Below, one piece after another: positions 8,300-18,465 of a DNA stretch of 64,000 bases. Position numbers and translations under genes: made by a program. The stretch is from Saprospiraceae bacterium. Its GTDB lineage: Bacteria > Bacteroidota > Bacteroidia > Chitinophagales > Saprospiraceae. The notes under the pieces are model-generated. The model did not search any database. It was given only the letters and a program-made list of their open reading frames with translations, and had not been told where the DNA came from. The stretch covers positions 56,434 to 120,433 of the forward strand of contig JBGTGP010000051.1 in assembly GCA_041746735.1 (NCBI GenBank), written 5' to 3'. Position 1 is the stretch's first letter; the number at the start of each line of letters is the position of its first letter.

Positions 8300-10405
8300 G
8301 TGGATTCCATACTGCACCAGCCTATTGAATACCTGAAGGGTGTCGGCCCTGTCCGCGGTGAATTACTGCGCAAAGAATTGGGCCTCCACCGTATCGGTGA
8401 TTTGCTTTGGGACCTGCCCTTCCGGTATATTGATAAATCTCAGATCACCACCATTCGTCAGGCGCGGTCGTCTACTGAACCCGTCCAACTCAAAGGAAAA
8501 TTTTCTGACAAGCGCATTGAAGGCAGTGGTCATAAAAAGCGTCTGGTGGCCAGCTTTGAAGATGAGAGTGGGAGTCTGGAGGTCCTGTGGTTTCAACGGG
8601 CCAAAGAAATAGACCAATGGGTTGAGCTGGGAAGGCCATATCTGCTATACGGAAAGCTTCAGGATTTCAGAGGCCGATATAATATAGTGCATCCGGAAAT
8701 AGAAGAAATTTCTCCAGAAAAAAACGTAGCCCCCGGACTGGAACCTGTATACAGCAGCACAGAAAAACTGGTGACCCGCGGACTCGACAGCAAGGGTCGT
8801 CGTAGAATAGTCCAACATCTGATCAGCCAGCTACGGCCTCATGACCTACCCGATAATTTACCTGCCCCGGTGATCCAAAAACTTCGGTTTCTGAACCGAT
8901 ATGAAACGATCCGCAAAGTACATTTCCCGACATCGCAGGAAGAACTTACACTGGCCCGTAACAGGCTCAAATTTGAGGAATTGTTTTTCCTTCAACTCAT
9001 GCTTTTGCGGGCAAAAGTCAAACGGGATCAGACGGTCAAGGGGTTTGTATTTAAGGAAGTTGGACAGATATTCAATACATTTTACAATGAGCACCTCCCT
9101 TTTACACTGACCGGAGCGCAAAAAAGGGTACTTCGGGAGATACGTCAGGATATGGGCTCCGGACATCAGATGAACCGTCTATTACAAGGCGATGTGGGTA
9201 GTGGCAAGACCATTGTAGCCCTCATGTGTATGTTACTTGCGGTAGACAATGGCTATCAGTCCGTCCTGATGGCTCCGACAGAAGTACTGGCCATGCAACA
9301 CCTGGCCTCCATCACCGAATTAGTAGAAGGTCTTGATCTGCAGGTCGCTTTTTTGTCCGGCAGTGTCACCGGCAAAGAACGAGCGATTGTTCTGGAAGGA
9401 ATAAAAACGGGGGCTATACATATCCTATTGGGGACGCATGCCGTCATTGAAGAGGGTGTATCCTTTGCGAATCTAGGGCTGGCCATTACAGATGAGCAAC
9501 ATCGATTTGGTGTAGCCCAGCGGGCTCAGATGTGGACTAAATCTCCGCTTCATCCACCGCATGTCCTGGTGATGACGGCTACACCCATTCCCCGCACTCT
9601 GGCACTCACCATCTACGGAGATCTTGATGTATCGATACTGGATGAGTTGCCCCCCGGCCGCAAACCTGTTGTGACCACCCAGCGAACAGAAGCGCATCGT
9701 GGCAGGGTCATGGAGTTTGTTCGTCAGGAAATCCGTAAAGGCCGGCAAGTCTATGTGATCTACCCGCTGATCGAGGAGTCTGAAAAACTGGATCTGGAAA
9801 ATCTGCAGGACGGATATGAGCGGTTGCTGGAACAGTTTCGAAGGCCAGAGTATCAGATATCAGTTGTGCATGGCCGCATGAAAGCAGACGTTAAGGGGGA
9901 AGAGATGCAGCGTTTTAAAGACAACAAAACACAGATCATGGTTTCTACGACCGTGATCGAAGTCGGTGTCAACGTTCCCAATGCTACGGTCATGATTATT
10001 GAAAATGCCGAGCGGTTTGGTTTGGCGCAACTGCATCAATTGCGAGGACGGGTGGGTCGGGGTGCTGATCAGTCCTATTGCATTTTGATGACCAGTTATA
10101 AATTATCCAAAACGGCTCGCGAACGACTTGATGTGATCTGTAAAAGCAATGACGGATTTGTGATTGCCGAAGCTGACATGAAGCTTCGGGGGCCTGGTGA
10201 TATAGCCGGGACTCGGCAGAGCGGGGCCTTTGAATTTAAAGTAGCCAACCTGGTAGAGGATCAAGCGATCCTCAGTACGGCCCGTATGGTGGCGGAGGAC
10301 ATCCTCACCCGTGATCCGGGACTGAAACTCCCCGAACATCTCACGCTATCCCGTTTTCTAACTACTGATTACAAATACAAACAGGACTGGTCTAGAATAT
10401 CTTAA
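8300..10405 (+). CDS. recG: ATP-dependent DNA helicase RecG
   Basis: GTG start. N-terminal LKGVGPVRGELL wedge region. Helicase motifs GDVGSGKT, DEQHRFG, TATPIPRT, QLHQLRGRVGRG. Confidence 0.95.
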   Translation: MDSILHQPIEYLKGVGPVRGELLRKELGLHRIGDLLWDLPFRYIDKSQITTIRQARSSTEPVQLKGKFSDKRIEGSGHKKRLVASFEDESGSLEVLWFQRAKEIDQWVELGRPYLLYGKLQDFRGRYNIVHPEIEEISPEKNVAPGLEPVYSSTEKLVTRGLDSKGRRRIVQHLISQLRPHDLPDNLPAPVIQKLRFLNRYETIRKVHFPTSQEELTLARNRLKFEELFFLQLMLLRAKVKRDQTVKGFVFKEVGQIFNTFYNEHLPFTLTGAQKRVLREIRQDMGSGHQMNRLLQGDVGSGKTIVALMCMLLAVDNGYQSVLMAPTEVLAMQHLASITELVEGLDLQVAFLSGSVTGKERAIVLEGIKTGAIHILLGTHAVIEEGVSFANLGLAITDEQHRFGVAQRAQMWTKSPLHPPHVLVMTATPIPRTLALTIYGDLDVSILDELPPGRKPVVTTQRTEAHRGRVMEFVRQEIRKGRQVYVIYPLIEESEKLDLENLQDGYERLLEQFRRPEYQISVVHGRMKADVKGEEMQRFKDNKTQIMVSTTVIEVGVNVPNATVMIIENAERFGLAQLHQLRGRVGRGADQSYCILMTSYKLSKTARERLDVICKSNDGFVIAEADMKLRGPGDIAGTRQSGAFEFKVANLVEDQAILSTARMVAEDILTRDPGLKLPEHLTLSRFLTTDYKYKQDWSRIS

Positions 10406-10534
10406 GGAGGCAGTGATTTGGCACAAAATCGAATGGCTCTATCGATAAAATCAGGACCGGCATCTAAATACTACTCCGCATAACCCGGAGAATGACGTAC
10501 ATTTCAACTGTCAATACGCAAAACCAGTAAGTTT

Positions 10535-10816
10535 ATGGGACCCAGATATAAAGTCACCGGATGTGCTCGCTTTTTTTTGTTCCTGATCCTCTTTGTGCCG
10601 GCTGTATTTTTTGGGGCCGCGTATATCCGGGGAGAAAACGGTTTGCACATCCTGCGGGATTTCTATCACAGTATCGCAGGTAGTTCAGGTACCACGTCAG
10701 AAAAAAAGCAGGACTCTGACACCTACGATACCGAAGACCTGCAACGGCAATTACAAAAAGCGCAGGAAGAAATCAGGGAATTGAAAAAGAGGATTGAAGA
10801 ACTGGAAAAACAATAG
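10535..10816 (+). CDS. hypothetical membrane-anchored coiled-coil protein (93 aa)
   Basis: One N-terminal TM helix and a charged C-terminal heptad-like tail (LQKAQEEIRELKKRIEELEKQ). Confidence 0.4.
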   Translation: MGPRYKVTGCARFFLFLILFVPAVFFGAAYIRGENGLHILRDFYHSIAGSSGTTSEKKQDSDTYDTEDLQRQLQKAQEEIRELKKRIEELEKQ

Positions 10817-11051
10817 AAGGATTTTCAGTTGGCGCTACTGTGTGGGTGCATTCCATCAGGATAGTAATATAAAATCAACATCTACGCTGTCCAGGCGGAA
10901 TACCTGTTATACTCGATGTCAAGATGGTGTACACATGGTGTAAAAACGGACACTTCAAATGGCTTCTCCGTCTACATGTGGAAAAGAGTGAAGAAATATC
11001 TTTTTCTTTGCTGCCTGAATTTTTCAACTATTGACACGACTACACGACGAT

Positions 11052-12011
11052 ATGAGTCAGATCAGGATACTTGCCAATGACGGCATCGATGATGCCGGTA
11101 AAACCATGCTGGAAGCCGCTGGATTTGAAATCGTAACGACGCATTTTCCGGCGGAAGAACTGGAACAACGTCTGCAGGACTTTGATGCCATTACAGTACG
11201 AAGTGCGACACAGGTGCGTAAGGCGCTGATTGATGCATGTCCCAGGCTCAAAGCCATAGGACGAGGTGGTGTCGGTATGGACAATATCGATGTCATGTAT
11301 GCACGGGAACAGGGACTAGGTGTATATAACACACCCGCAGCCTCATCCCGATCGGTCGCCGAGTTGGTGCTCGGGCATACCTTTACCCTCTTTCGCCATT
11401 TACATACGGCAAACCGGTCTATGCCGCAAGACGGACAGACAGATTTTGCCAATCTTAAAAAGCAATGCAGCGCCGGTTATGAGCTGTTGGGAAAAACCAT
11501 GGGTGTTATTGGGTTTGGTCGAATAGGTCAGGAAGTAGCTCGTCTGGCTCTTTCCATGGGAATGAAGGTCGTAGCTGTTGATCCTTTTGTCAAAGAAGCC
11601 GAAATTTCGATTGAAGTGCATGGAGCTGATGCAGCACTGCACGTCAAGGTGGTCACGATTTCGATGGACGAAGTTTTACGCTCCGCTGATGTGATCACAA
11701 TCCATATTCCTAAATCAGATAGGCCTGTCATCGGTCAGCCGCAACTGCCTCTGTTAAAACGGGGGGTCGTTCTTATCAACACCGCACGCGGGGGAGTCTT
11801 TAATGAGGATGCCTTACTTGAAGGCCTGGACACGGGTATCATCGGTGGTGTAGGATTGGATGTGTTTGTGGGAGAGCCTTCTCCGCGTGCGGATCTTCTG
11901 GCTCATCCCAGAATCTCCCTGACGCCTCATATTGGTGGATCAACTGCTGAAGCGCAGGAAAATGTTGGCAAAGAGCTGGCCGGATTGTTAATCCGCCATT
12001 TTAAAGCCTAG
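11052..12011 (+). CDS. D-isomer-specific 2-hydroxyacid dehydrogenase, likely D-3-phosphoglycerate dehydrogenase (short form without ACT domain)
   Basis: NAD-binding GVIGFGRIGQEVA, plus NTARGG and PHIGGST catalytic regions. Start moved from TTG 11031 to in-frame ATG 11052. Confidence 0.8.
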   Translation: MSQIRILANDGIDDAGKTMLEAAGFEIVTTHFPAEELEQRLQDFDAITVRSATQVRKALIDACPRLKAIGRGGVGMDNIDVMYAREQGLGVYNTPAASSRSVAELVLGHTFTLFRHLHTANRSMPQDGQTDFANLKKQCSAGYELLGKTMGVIGFGRIGQEVARLALSMGMKVVAVDPFVKEAEISIEVHGADAALHVKVVTISMDEVLRSADVITIHIPKSDRPVIGQPQLPLLKRGVVLINTARGGVFNEDALLEGLDTGIIGGVGLDVFVGEPSPRADLLAHPRISLTPHIGGSTAEAQENVGKELAGLLIRHFKA

Positions 12012-12684
12012 TCTTTTCTCTGCCGCATAATATATCCAATTGATTTTGCTGGAGAACCTTCAGGTAGTCGTTTTCGTCCATAAGTTCCGCTCCCATAGAA
12101 CGCATGTGTGGCGTATCCTGTTGACAATCGATCCAGGCCAGTCCCTCTTTCGCTAATCTTTGGGCGAGTGTAATAAAACCCACCTTGGAAGCATTAGGAC
12201 GCAGGGCAAACATACTTTCGCCAACAAAAATATTGCCCAGCAGGATACCATACAGGCCCCCTGCCAGGCCTTCTGCATCATAGACTTCCACGGAATGCGC
12301 GTAACCCAATTGGTGCAATTCCGAATACGCATCCATCATCTCCGGCATGATCCAGGTTCCAGACTGACCCGGACGGTAAACCGTCGCGCAGTTGGACATG
12401 ACCATTTTAAAGGCTTGATTGAAGGTCACTTTAAAAGTCCCTTTGTTGATACAATTCCGGACAGAGTGAGAGACATGTACATTTTCGGGGCGCACCATCA
12501 ATCGCGGAGCAAGCCACCACCACAGGAGTGGTTGACCTTCATGGTACCAGGGAAAGATGCCCCAACGATATGCCAACAGGAGACGTGCCGGAGAAAGATC
12601 ACCACCGATTGCCAGCAGGCCATCAGGATCGCATACTACCGGATGGGGAAATATGAGTTCGTCACCGAGGGAAAAGACAGGCAT
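12001..12684 (-). CDS. aat: leucyl/phenylalanyl-tRNA--protein transferase
   Basis: LLLAYRWGIFPWY..PLLWW.P.PR and GESMF motifs typical of Aat. 3' end overlaps the convergent dehydrogenase gene by 11 bp. Confidence 0.85.
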   Translation of the reverse strand: MPVFSLGDELIFPHPVVCDPDGLLAIGGDLSPARLLLAYRWGIFPWYHEGQPLLWWWLAPRLMVRPENVHVSHSVRNCINKGTFKVTFNQAFKMVMSNCATVYRPGQSGTWIMPEMMDAYSELHQLGYAHSVEVYDAEGLAGGLYGILLGNIFVGESMFALRPNASKVGFITLAQRLAKEGLAWIDCQQDTPHMRSMGAELMDENDYLKVLQQNQLDILCGREKTRL

Positions 12685-12695
12685 TTACAGGTGCA

Positions 12696-13007
12696 TCACC
12701 TGTTGACTTTCTCGTGCTCGATAATGGCATTGAGTCCACGGTCTACCAAGCCGTCTTTGAGGGGTTTGAGTTCCTCAAATGTTCCGAGCTTGACACTCGC
12801 ACGTCCTTTGGTATGGATGATCCAGGCAAGTTGCTCGGATTGCTCATTGGTATGATGAAGCAGGTCTATAAAGCATTCGATGACCCACTCAAAAGTATTG
12901 TAATCATCATTGAGGACGATGAGTTGAGTCTGCTCACCATGGGTGGTCAACTCGTCAACCAATACATCTTCAGCTTCTTTGTTTTGGCTATCGTACAACA
13001 TGGGCAT
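12696..13007 (-). CDS. clpS: ATP-dependent Clp protease adaptor ClpS
   Basis: LIVLNDDYNTFEWVIECFIDLLHHTNEQSEQLAWIIHTKGRASV is the typical ClpS core. The 160-aa ORF-track version would overlap the peroxiredoxin gene, so the start was set at ATG 13007 (103 aa). Confidence 0.85.
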   Translation of the reverse strand: MPMLYDSQNKEAEDVLVDELTTHGEQTQLIVLNDDYNTFEWVIECFIDLLHHTNEQSEQLAWIIHTKGRASVKLGTFEELKPLKDGLVDRGLNAIIEHEKVNR

Positions 13008-13035
13008 TAAAAAATTAAGAACAAAGAAATCGTAG

Positions 13036-13521
13036 TCACCTCCAGGAAACCGACTGCAAGGTACGAAGGGATTTCTGTACTGCATCCAGATCGGGCATTT
13101 TTCCAGCTTTTTCAAGTACTTCGGCATGACAGATGATCCCTTCTCCATCCAGCACAAAAACGGCCCTCTTGGCCACACCGCTCATCCCGAGACTGAACTC
13201 CTCATACATGACATCATAGGCTCGTATGACCTCTTTATTGAAATCAGAGAGCAGTCTGAAATTGAGGTTGTAGTCCTGCTTATACCGGGCCAGGCTCTGG
13301 GGCGAATCCACAGAAATAGCGAGGATCTCTGCCTTCAGACCTTCGTAGATATGGATATCATCACGGGTGGCGCAGAGTTCTTTTGTACAGGTACTGGTAA
13401 AAGCCAGTGGAAAAAACAGAAGCACCACCGGGTGACCTGCAAAATCACTCAGATGGATGAGCTCTTTTTCTGAAGAATAAAGCGAAAAATCTGGGGCTTT
13501 ATCACCGGGTTGGATAGACAT
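13036..13521 (-). CDS. peroxiredoxin (AhpC/TSA-Bcp-like)
   Basis: GDKAPDFSL..VVLLFFPLAFTSTCTKELC, containing the peroxidatic Cys motif. Confidence 0.85.
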   Translation of the reverse strand: MSIQPGDKAPDFSLYSSEKELIHLSDFAGHPVVLLFFPLAFTSTCTKELCATRDDIHIYEGLKAEILAISVDSPQSLARYKQDYNLNFRLLSDFNKEVIRAYDVMYEEFSLGMSGVAKRAVFVLDGEGIICHAEVLEKAGKMPDLDAVQKSLRTLQSVSWR

Positions 13522-13603
13522 GACAGGTTCGTTGAAGTGCGTTAACGATATGGATGACTTTTAATGTGCTATACTTGCGGAAGAGATAACAATACGCTGT
13601 CCG

Positions 13604-14485
13604 TTGAGTTTAAAAAGGGCTTATATCGATCTTCATATTGCGGTGATCCTGCTGGCCTTTACCGCGATTCTGGGCGATCTGATCACGTTGTCTGCGAGTG
13701 TACTGGTTTGGTGGCGAACGCTGATCGCCGGAGTTGGAATTGGGGCATGGCTACTCCTTTCCGGAGGCATGCGATGGGATTGGGTCAGGACTAAGACCAA
13801 AATTTATATACTGGGAGCTCTGGTGGCCATCCACTGGATTTGTTTTTTTGGATCGATCAAACTGGCCAATGCTTCCACGGCACTGATCTGTTTTGCCACG
13901 ATCTCGCTGTTTACTGCCATGATTGAGCCGTGGATTACAGGTCGCAAGCGACAGCGTCATGAGTTGGTCTTTGGATTGATGGTGATTCCCGGGATTGTGC
14001 TCATTGCCGGCCGTGCACAGGGAGATCTGATGTGGGGTATTGTGCTGGGGATACTGGCTGCCTTTCTGGTGGCTGTGTTTTCCAGTCTTGAAAAAAAATG
14101 GATCCCTGAAATCGATCCCGCCCACATGACCTTCCTGCAGATGGCTGGTGCCTGGGCTGCGATGTGCATCTGGATGACCGGAGAAGCCGGCTGGCGAGGG
14201 GTGGACGTCTTTATGCCAACCCAGCAAGATTGGATTTATCTTTTAATCCTCGGGCTGATCTGCACAAGCATTGCCTGGGTTCTTGCGGCCAGAGCCATTC
14301 GTTCGGTAACGGCCTATGACTCTGTCATGGTCATCAATCTTGAACCTGTCTACGGCATCATCATGGCGTTGCTTCTCCTCGACGATAGTAAAGAACTGAC
14401 GCTGTACTTCTACATCGGGGCCTCGATCATCCTGGCATCTGTGATTCTTCATCCGATCTGGCAATACCGTTATGCTCGCAACTGA
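13604..14485 (+). CDS. DMT superfamily (EamA-like) transporter
   Basis: About 10 TM helices arranged as two EamA-like halves. TTG start, with no upstream in-frame ATG. Confidence 0.65.
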   Translation: MSLKRAYIDLHIAVILLAFTAILGDLITLSASVLVWWRTLIAGVGIGAWLLLSGGMRWDWVRTKTKIYILGALVAIHWICFFGSIKLANASTALICFATISLFTAMIEPWITGRKRQRHELVFGLMVIPGIVLIAGRAQGDLMWGIVLGILAAFLVAVFSSLEKKWIPEIDPAHMTFLQMAGAWAAMCIWMTGEAGWRGVDVFMPTQQDWIYLLILGLICTSIAWVLAARAIRSVTAYDSVMVINLEPVYGIIMALLLLDDSKELTLYFYIGASIILASVILHPIWQYRYARN

Positions 14486-15119
14486 AATTCAACTTTACGC
14501 CGATTCACTCAGCAACGTGGATGACCCCGTGCTGGCCGAAATAGAACGGTCAACTCATCTCCATACGATAGCGCCTCAAATGCTGAGTGGTAAAGTACAG
14601 GGGGCTTTGCTGACCTTGCTGACATCGCTGATACGGGCCAGGCAAGTGCTTGAGATCGGGACCTTTACTGGCTATGGTACAATCTGTCTGGCACGTGGAT
14701 TGGATCCGGCTCCTGGTAGCAAAGTTGTCACGATAGAATCCAATCCGGAATTTTCATTTCTGATACAAAAACACCTTCGTCTGGCGGGCATGATCGAACG
14801 GGTGGAATGTCTGACCGGAGATGCTTTACGACTTATTTCGACAAGAGAGGAACAATGGGACCTGGTCTACATTGATGCCAACAAACAGGAATATCTGTCG
14901 TACTATGAAGCCGTCGTGGATCAGGTGCGTCCTGGTGGGCTGATCCTTACGGACAATGTACTCTGGGGAGGCAAGGTGGTTTATGCTCCAGAGGATGTTG
15001 ATGCGAAAGTCATCCGGCGGTACAATGAACTCCTCTTTCGGGATCCCCGGGTAGACGTTTTGATAGTACCCCTGCGGGATGGGTTGAGTATCGCCAGAAG
15101 GACAACTGTCAATCGATGA
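14472..15119 (+). CDS. class I SAM-dependent O-methyltransferase (caffeoyl-CoA OMT-like family)
   Basis: VLEIGTFTGYG SAM motif and DLVYIDANK..GGLILTDNVLW, typical of O-methyltransferase family 3. Confidence 0.8.
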   Translation: MLATEIQLYADSLSNVDDPVLAEIERSTHLHTIAPQMLSGKVQGALLTLLTSLIRARQVLEIGTFTGYGTICLARGLDPAPGSKVVTIESNPEFSFLIQKHLRLAGMIERVECLTGDALRLISTREEQWDLVYIDANKQEYLSYYEAVVDQVRPGGLILTDNVLWGGKVVYAPEDVDAKVIRRYNELLFRDPRVDVLIVPLRDGLSIARRTTVNR

Positions 15120-15147
15120 CCTGACAGTACTGCGTACCTTTGCTCAA

Positions 15148-16284
15148 GTGGCCGGTATCTATATCCATATTCCATATTGCAGAAAGGCATGTCATTACTG
15201 CAACTTTCATTTTTCTACTTCCTTTCAAACCCGCCAGGAACTGATCAGCGCCATGTTGGTGGAGATCGAATTGCAGGCAGGATATCTGAAGGGGGCCATG
15301 ATAGAAACAATTTACTTTGGAGGTGGAACACCCTCTGCTATTCCGGCGGAGGACATCGAAAAGTTACTTTCCGCCATTCAGTCCATATACCCCCTCTCCC
15401 CTATGGCCGAAATCACACTGGAAGCCAATCCGGAAGATATACATACTGAAAAGCTGAGGGTCTGGACCGGATCAGGTATCAACCGTTTAAGTATAGGCGT
15501 GCAGTCCTTTCAAGACGAAATATTGGCTGCCTGGAACCGAAGTCATTCCGGAGAGCAAGCCCTGACATCCATCCAATTGGCACAATCGGCCGGCATCACG
15601 AACATTACTGCCGACCTGATCTATGGTGGACCGGGATTGGGCGATCAAGACTGGATGTCCAATATTAAAATGCTTGTGGATTCAGATATTCCACATATAT
15701 CCTGTTATGCCCTGACAGTTGAGCGTGGTACGGCGCTCCATCATCATATTCATACCGGCAAAACCAAATCACCAGATGACGATCAGGCTAACCGGCAGTA
15801 TGGAATCCTCCAAAAAATGATGCAGGAATATGGATTCAGACAATACGAAGTGAGCAATTTTGCCAAACCCGGTTTTGAATCAAAACACAATTCAAGCTAC
15901 TGGCATGGTGTCCATTACCTGGGCATTGGCCCTGCCGCTCACAGTTTTGATGGTAACTCACGTCAATGGAATGTGGCCCATAATGTCCGGTATATCCAGA
16001 AAATGCAGGAAAAGGAAATACCTTTTGAAAAGGAGATCCTTACACATCGGGACCGATACAACGAAATGGTCATGACGGGTCTTCGAACCTCAGCCGGCAT
16101 AGATCTGAATCAAATACAATTGCTTGGTAATGACTTTGAAAAACACCTGCTACATCAGCTGGCCGGGTATCTGGAAGAGCAAAAACTCATGATGACACCA
16201 GATCGTCGGATGGTGTTGCGGCCGGAATATTATTTCTTCGCTGACGGAATAGCCTCTCAGGGATTCATGGACGACAGTTCGTAG
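15148..16284 (+). CDS. hemW: radical SAM heme chaperone HemW (HemN-like)
   Basis: GTG start. IYIHIPYCRKACHYCNF (CxxxCxxC) and a HemN C-terminal-like domain. Confidence 0.85.
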   Translation: MAGIYIHIPYCRKACHYCNFHFSTSFQTRQELISAMLVEIELQAGYLKGAMIETIYFGGGTPSAIPAEDIEKLLSAIQSIYPLSPMAEITLEANPEDIHTEKLRVWTGSGINRLSIGVQSFQDEILAAWNRSHSGEQALTSIQLAQSAGITNITADLIYGGPGLGDQDWMSNIKMLVDSDIPHISCYALTVERGTALHHHIHTGKTKSPDDDQANRQYGILQKMMQEYGFRQYEVSNFAKPGFESKHNSSYWHGVHYLGIGPAAHSFDGNSRQWNVAHNVRYIQKMQEKEIPFEKEILTHRDRYNEMVMTGLRTSAGIDLNQIQLLGNDFEKHLLHQLAGYLEEQKLMMTPDRRMVLRPEYYFFADGIASQGFMDDSS

Positions 16285-16328
16285 TTGACGTTAATTTTTA
16301 CGGAAGAATAAAAACCAGTAGGCCTGGA

Positions 16329-18425
16329 TTATTTCAATTTGCCGAGGAGTTGAATCGCTGCTTCAGCTATAACCGTTCCGGGGCCAAAGATTGCCATCAC
16401 GCCCAGCGTATAGAGGCGCTCATGATCCTGATCCGGAATAATACCTCCTACCACGACACCAATATCCGGACGACCCAATTGATGAAGGGCATTCAGGGTA
16501 GCGGGTACCAGGACATTGTGGCCGGCGGCCAGTGAGGAGATACCGAGGATATGGACATCATTTTCAGCAGCCTGAAGTGCGGCTTCCTCCGGAGTCTGAA
16601 AGAGTGGACCGATGTCGACATCCCAGCCGAGATCGGCAAAACTGGTCGCGATAACCTTAGCGCCGCGGTCATGTCCGTCCTGTCCGAGTTTGGCTACCAT
16701 GATACGCGGACGACGTCCGGCTTTAGCTGCAAAATCATCAGCCGCGGACCGGGCTTTCTTAAATGCATCATTCATACTGATCTCTTTGGCATAAACACCG
16801 GAAATAAGCATCGGAGATGCCGTATACCGGCCAAAAGCTGTTTCCATAGCATCACTGATCTCACCCAGGGTGGCTCTGTGACGGGCTGCGTCTACTGCGG
16901 CAGATAGTAGGTTCCCTTTTCCGGAGATTGCTATTTGAGTCAATGTATGCAGTGAATTCTTTACTTCCTGAGCGTTTCGGCTTTCCTTCACTTGTCGAAG
17001 TCGAGCCAACTGAGCCTGGGTGACGGTGGTATTATCGACTTCCAACAGTTGAAGCGGCGTCTCTTCTTCAGGACGGAAAATATTAACCCCGACTATTTTG
17101 TCCCTGCCGGTATCAATCCGGGCCTGGCGCCGTGCCGCTGCTTCTTCAATACGCATCTTGGGAATGCCGGTTTCCATCGCTTTTGCCATACCTCCGAGTT
17201 CCTCCACCTCCTGAATATGACGCCATGCCGTGTGAATAAGGTTGTCCGTCATAGATTCCATCAACTGTGAGCCGCCATATAAATCGATCCAGCTGCAAAT
17301 GCCGGATGTTTTTTGCAAAAAGTGTTGTGTTGCTCTGGCGATGCCAGCGGTGTGATCAGAGGGAAGTGCGAGGGCTTCATCCAGCGCGTTGGTATGCAAT
17401 GATTGCGTTCCACCCAACACCGCAGAAAGTGCTTCAATCGTCGTCCGGGCTATATTATTGTAGGGGTCCTGAGCGGTCAGACTCCAGCCGCTGGTCTGGC
17501 AATGGGTGCGGAGTGCAAGTGACTTTGGATCTTTGGCTCCAAATCCACTCACGATCTCCGCCCACATGACACGGGCGGCCCGCATCTTGGCCACCTCAGT
17601 AAGATGGTCCATACCTATACCCCAGAAAAAAGAAAGCCGTGGTGCAAATCCATCGACCTCCAAACCGGCCGCTACTCCGGTGCGCAAATATTCCCAGCCA
17701 TCTGATAAGGTGTACGCCAATTCGAGATCGGCAGTTGCACCGGCCTCATGCATATGGTATCCGGAAATACTGATCGAATTGAACCGGGGCATATGCGTGG
17801 CCAGGAAAGAGAATATATCTCCGACGATCCGCATGGAGGGTTTGGGTGGATAGATATAGGTGTTTCGCACCATAAACTCCTTGAGAATGTCATTCTGAAT
17901 CGTTCCGGTCAAATCAGAAAGAGCGACACCCTGCTCCTCGGCTGTCACAATAAAAAACGCCATCACCGGAATGACCGCACCGTTCATCGTCATGGAGACT
18001 GACATTTTGTCCAACGGTATCTGATCAAAAAGGAGTTTCATGTCTTCCACCGTGTCGATAGCTACTCCGGCTTTGCCGACATCTCCAATGACGCGTGGAT
18101 GATCCGAATCATAACCCCGATGGGTCGGCAGATCAAAAGCCACTGAAAGCCCTTTCTGCCCTGCCGCCAGATTGCGGCGATAGAAGGCATTGCTTTCTTC
18201 TGCTGTAGAAAAACCAGCATATTGCCGTATCGTCCATGGACGGATCAGGTACATGGTGGAATAGGGTCCGCGAAGAAAGGGGGGAAGACCTGAAACATAA
18301 CCTTCCAGAGGAAATTTTTGGCGTTCCGGTGCACGGTCCTGTGACCAGTCCCATTTCATCTCAGGCATCATGCCACGCTGGCTCATCCGGTAAAAGTAAA
18401 GAATACGGAACGCACTTGTCACCAT
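16329..18425 (-). CDS. methylmalonyl-CoA mutase (single polypeptide with C-terminal B12-binding domain)
   Basis: [18 protein letters not shown], the [10 protein letters not shown] motif, and C-terminal [11 protein letters not shown] (DxHxxG cobalamin motif). The start is uncertain, with alternative Met codons at 18386 and 18371. Confidence 0.9.
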   Translation of the reverse strand: MVTSAFRILYFYRMSQRGMMPEMKWDWSQDRAPERQKFPLEGYVSGLPPFLRGPYSTMYLIRPWTIRQYAGFSTAEESNAFYRRNLAAGQKGLSVAFDLPTHRGYDSDHPRVIGDVGKAGVAIDTVEDMKLLFDQIPLDKMSVSMTMNGAVIPVMAFFIVTAEEQGVALSDLTGTIQNDILKEFMVRNTYIYPPKPSMRIVGDIFSFLATHMPRFNSISISGYHMHEAGATADLELAYTLSDGWEYLRTGVAAGLEVDGFAPRLSFFWGIGMDHLTEVAKMRAARVMWAEIVSGFGAKDPKSLALRTHCQTSGWSLTAQDPYNNIARTTIEALSAVLGGTQSLHTNALDEALALPSDHTAGIARATQHFLQKTSGICSWIDLYGGSQLMESMTDNLIHTAWRHIQEVEELGGMAKAMETGIPKMRIEEAAARRQARIDTGRDKIVGVNIFRPEEETPLQLLEVDNTTVTQAQLARLRQVKESRNAQEVKNSLHTLTQIAISGKGNLLSAAVDAARHRATLGEISDAMETAFGRYTASPMLISGVYAKEISMNDAFKKARSAADDFAAKAGRRPRIMVAKLGQDGHDRGAKVIATSFADLGWDVDIGPLFQTPEEAALQAAENDVHILGISSLAAGHNVLVPATLNALHQLGRPDIGVVVGGIIPDQDHERLYTLGVMAIFGPGTVIAEAAIQLLGKLK

Positions 18426-18465
18426 AATTCTGTCTAATTTCGCCCCACCATTTCAACAACTGCTC

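Noticed and set aside
12696-13178. 160-aa version of the ClpS ORF
   Set aside because: The first 57 codons overlap the 3' end of the peroxiredoxin gene and have no ClpS similarity. ClpS proteins are about 100 aa, and ATG 13007 gives the expected length.
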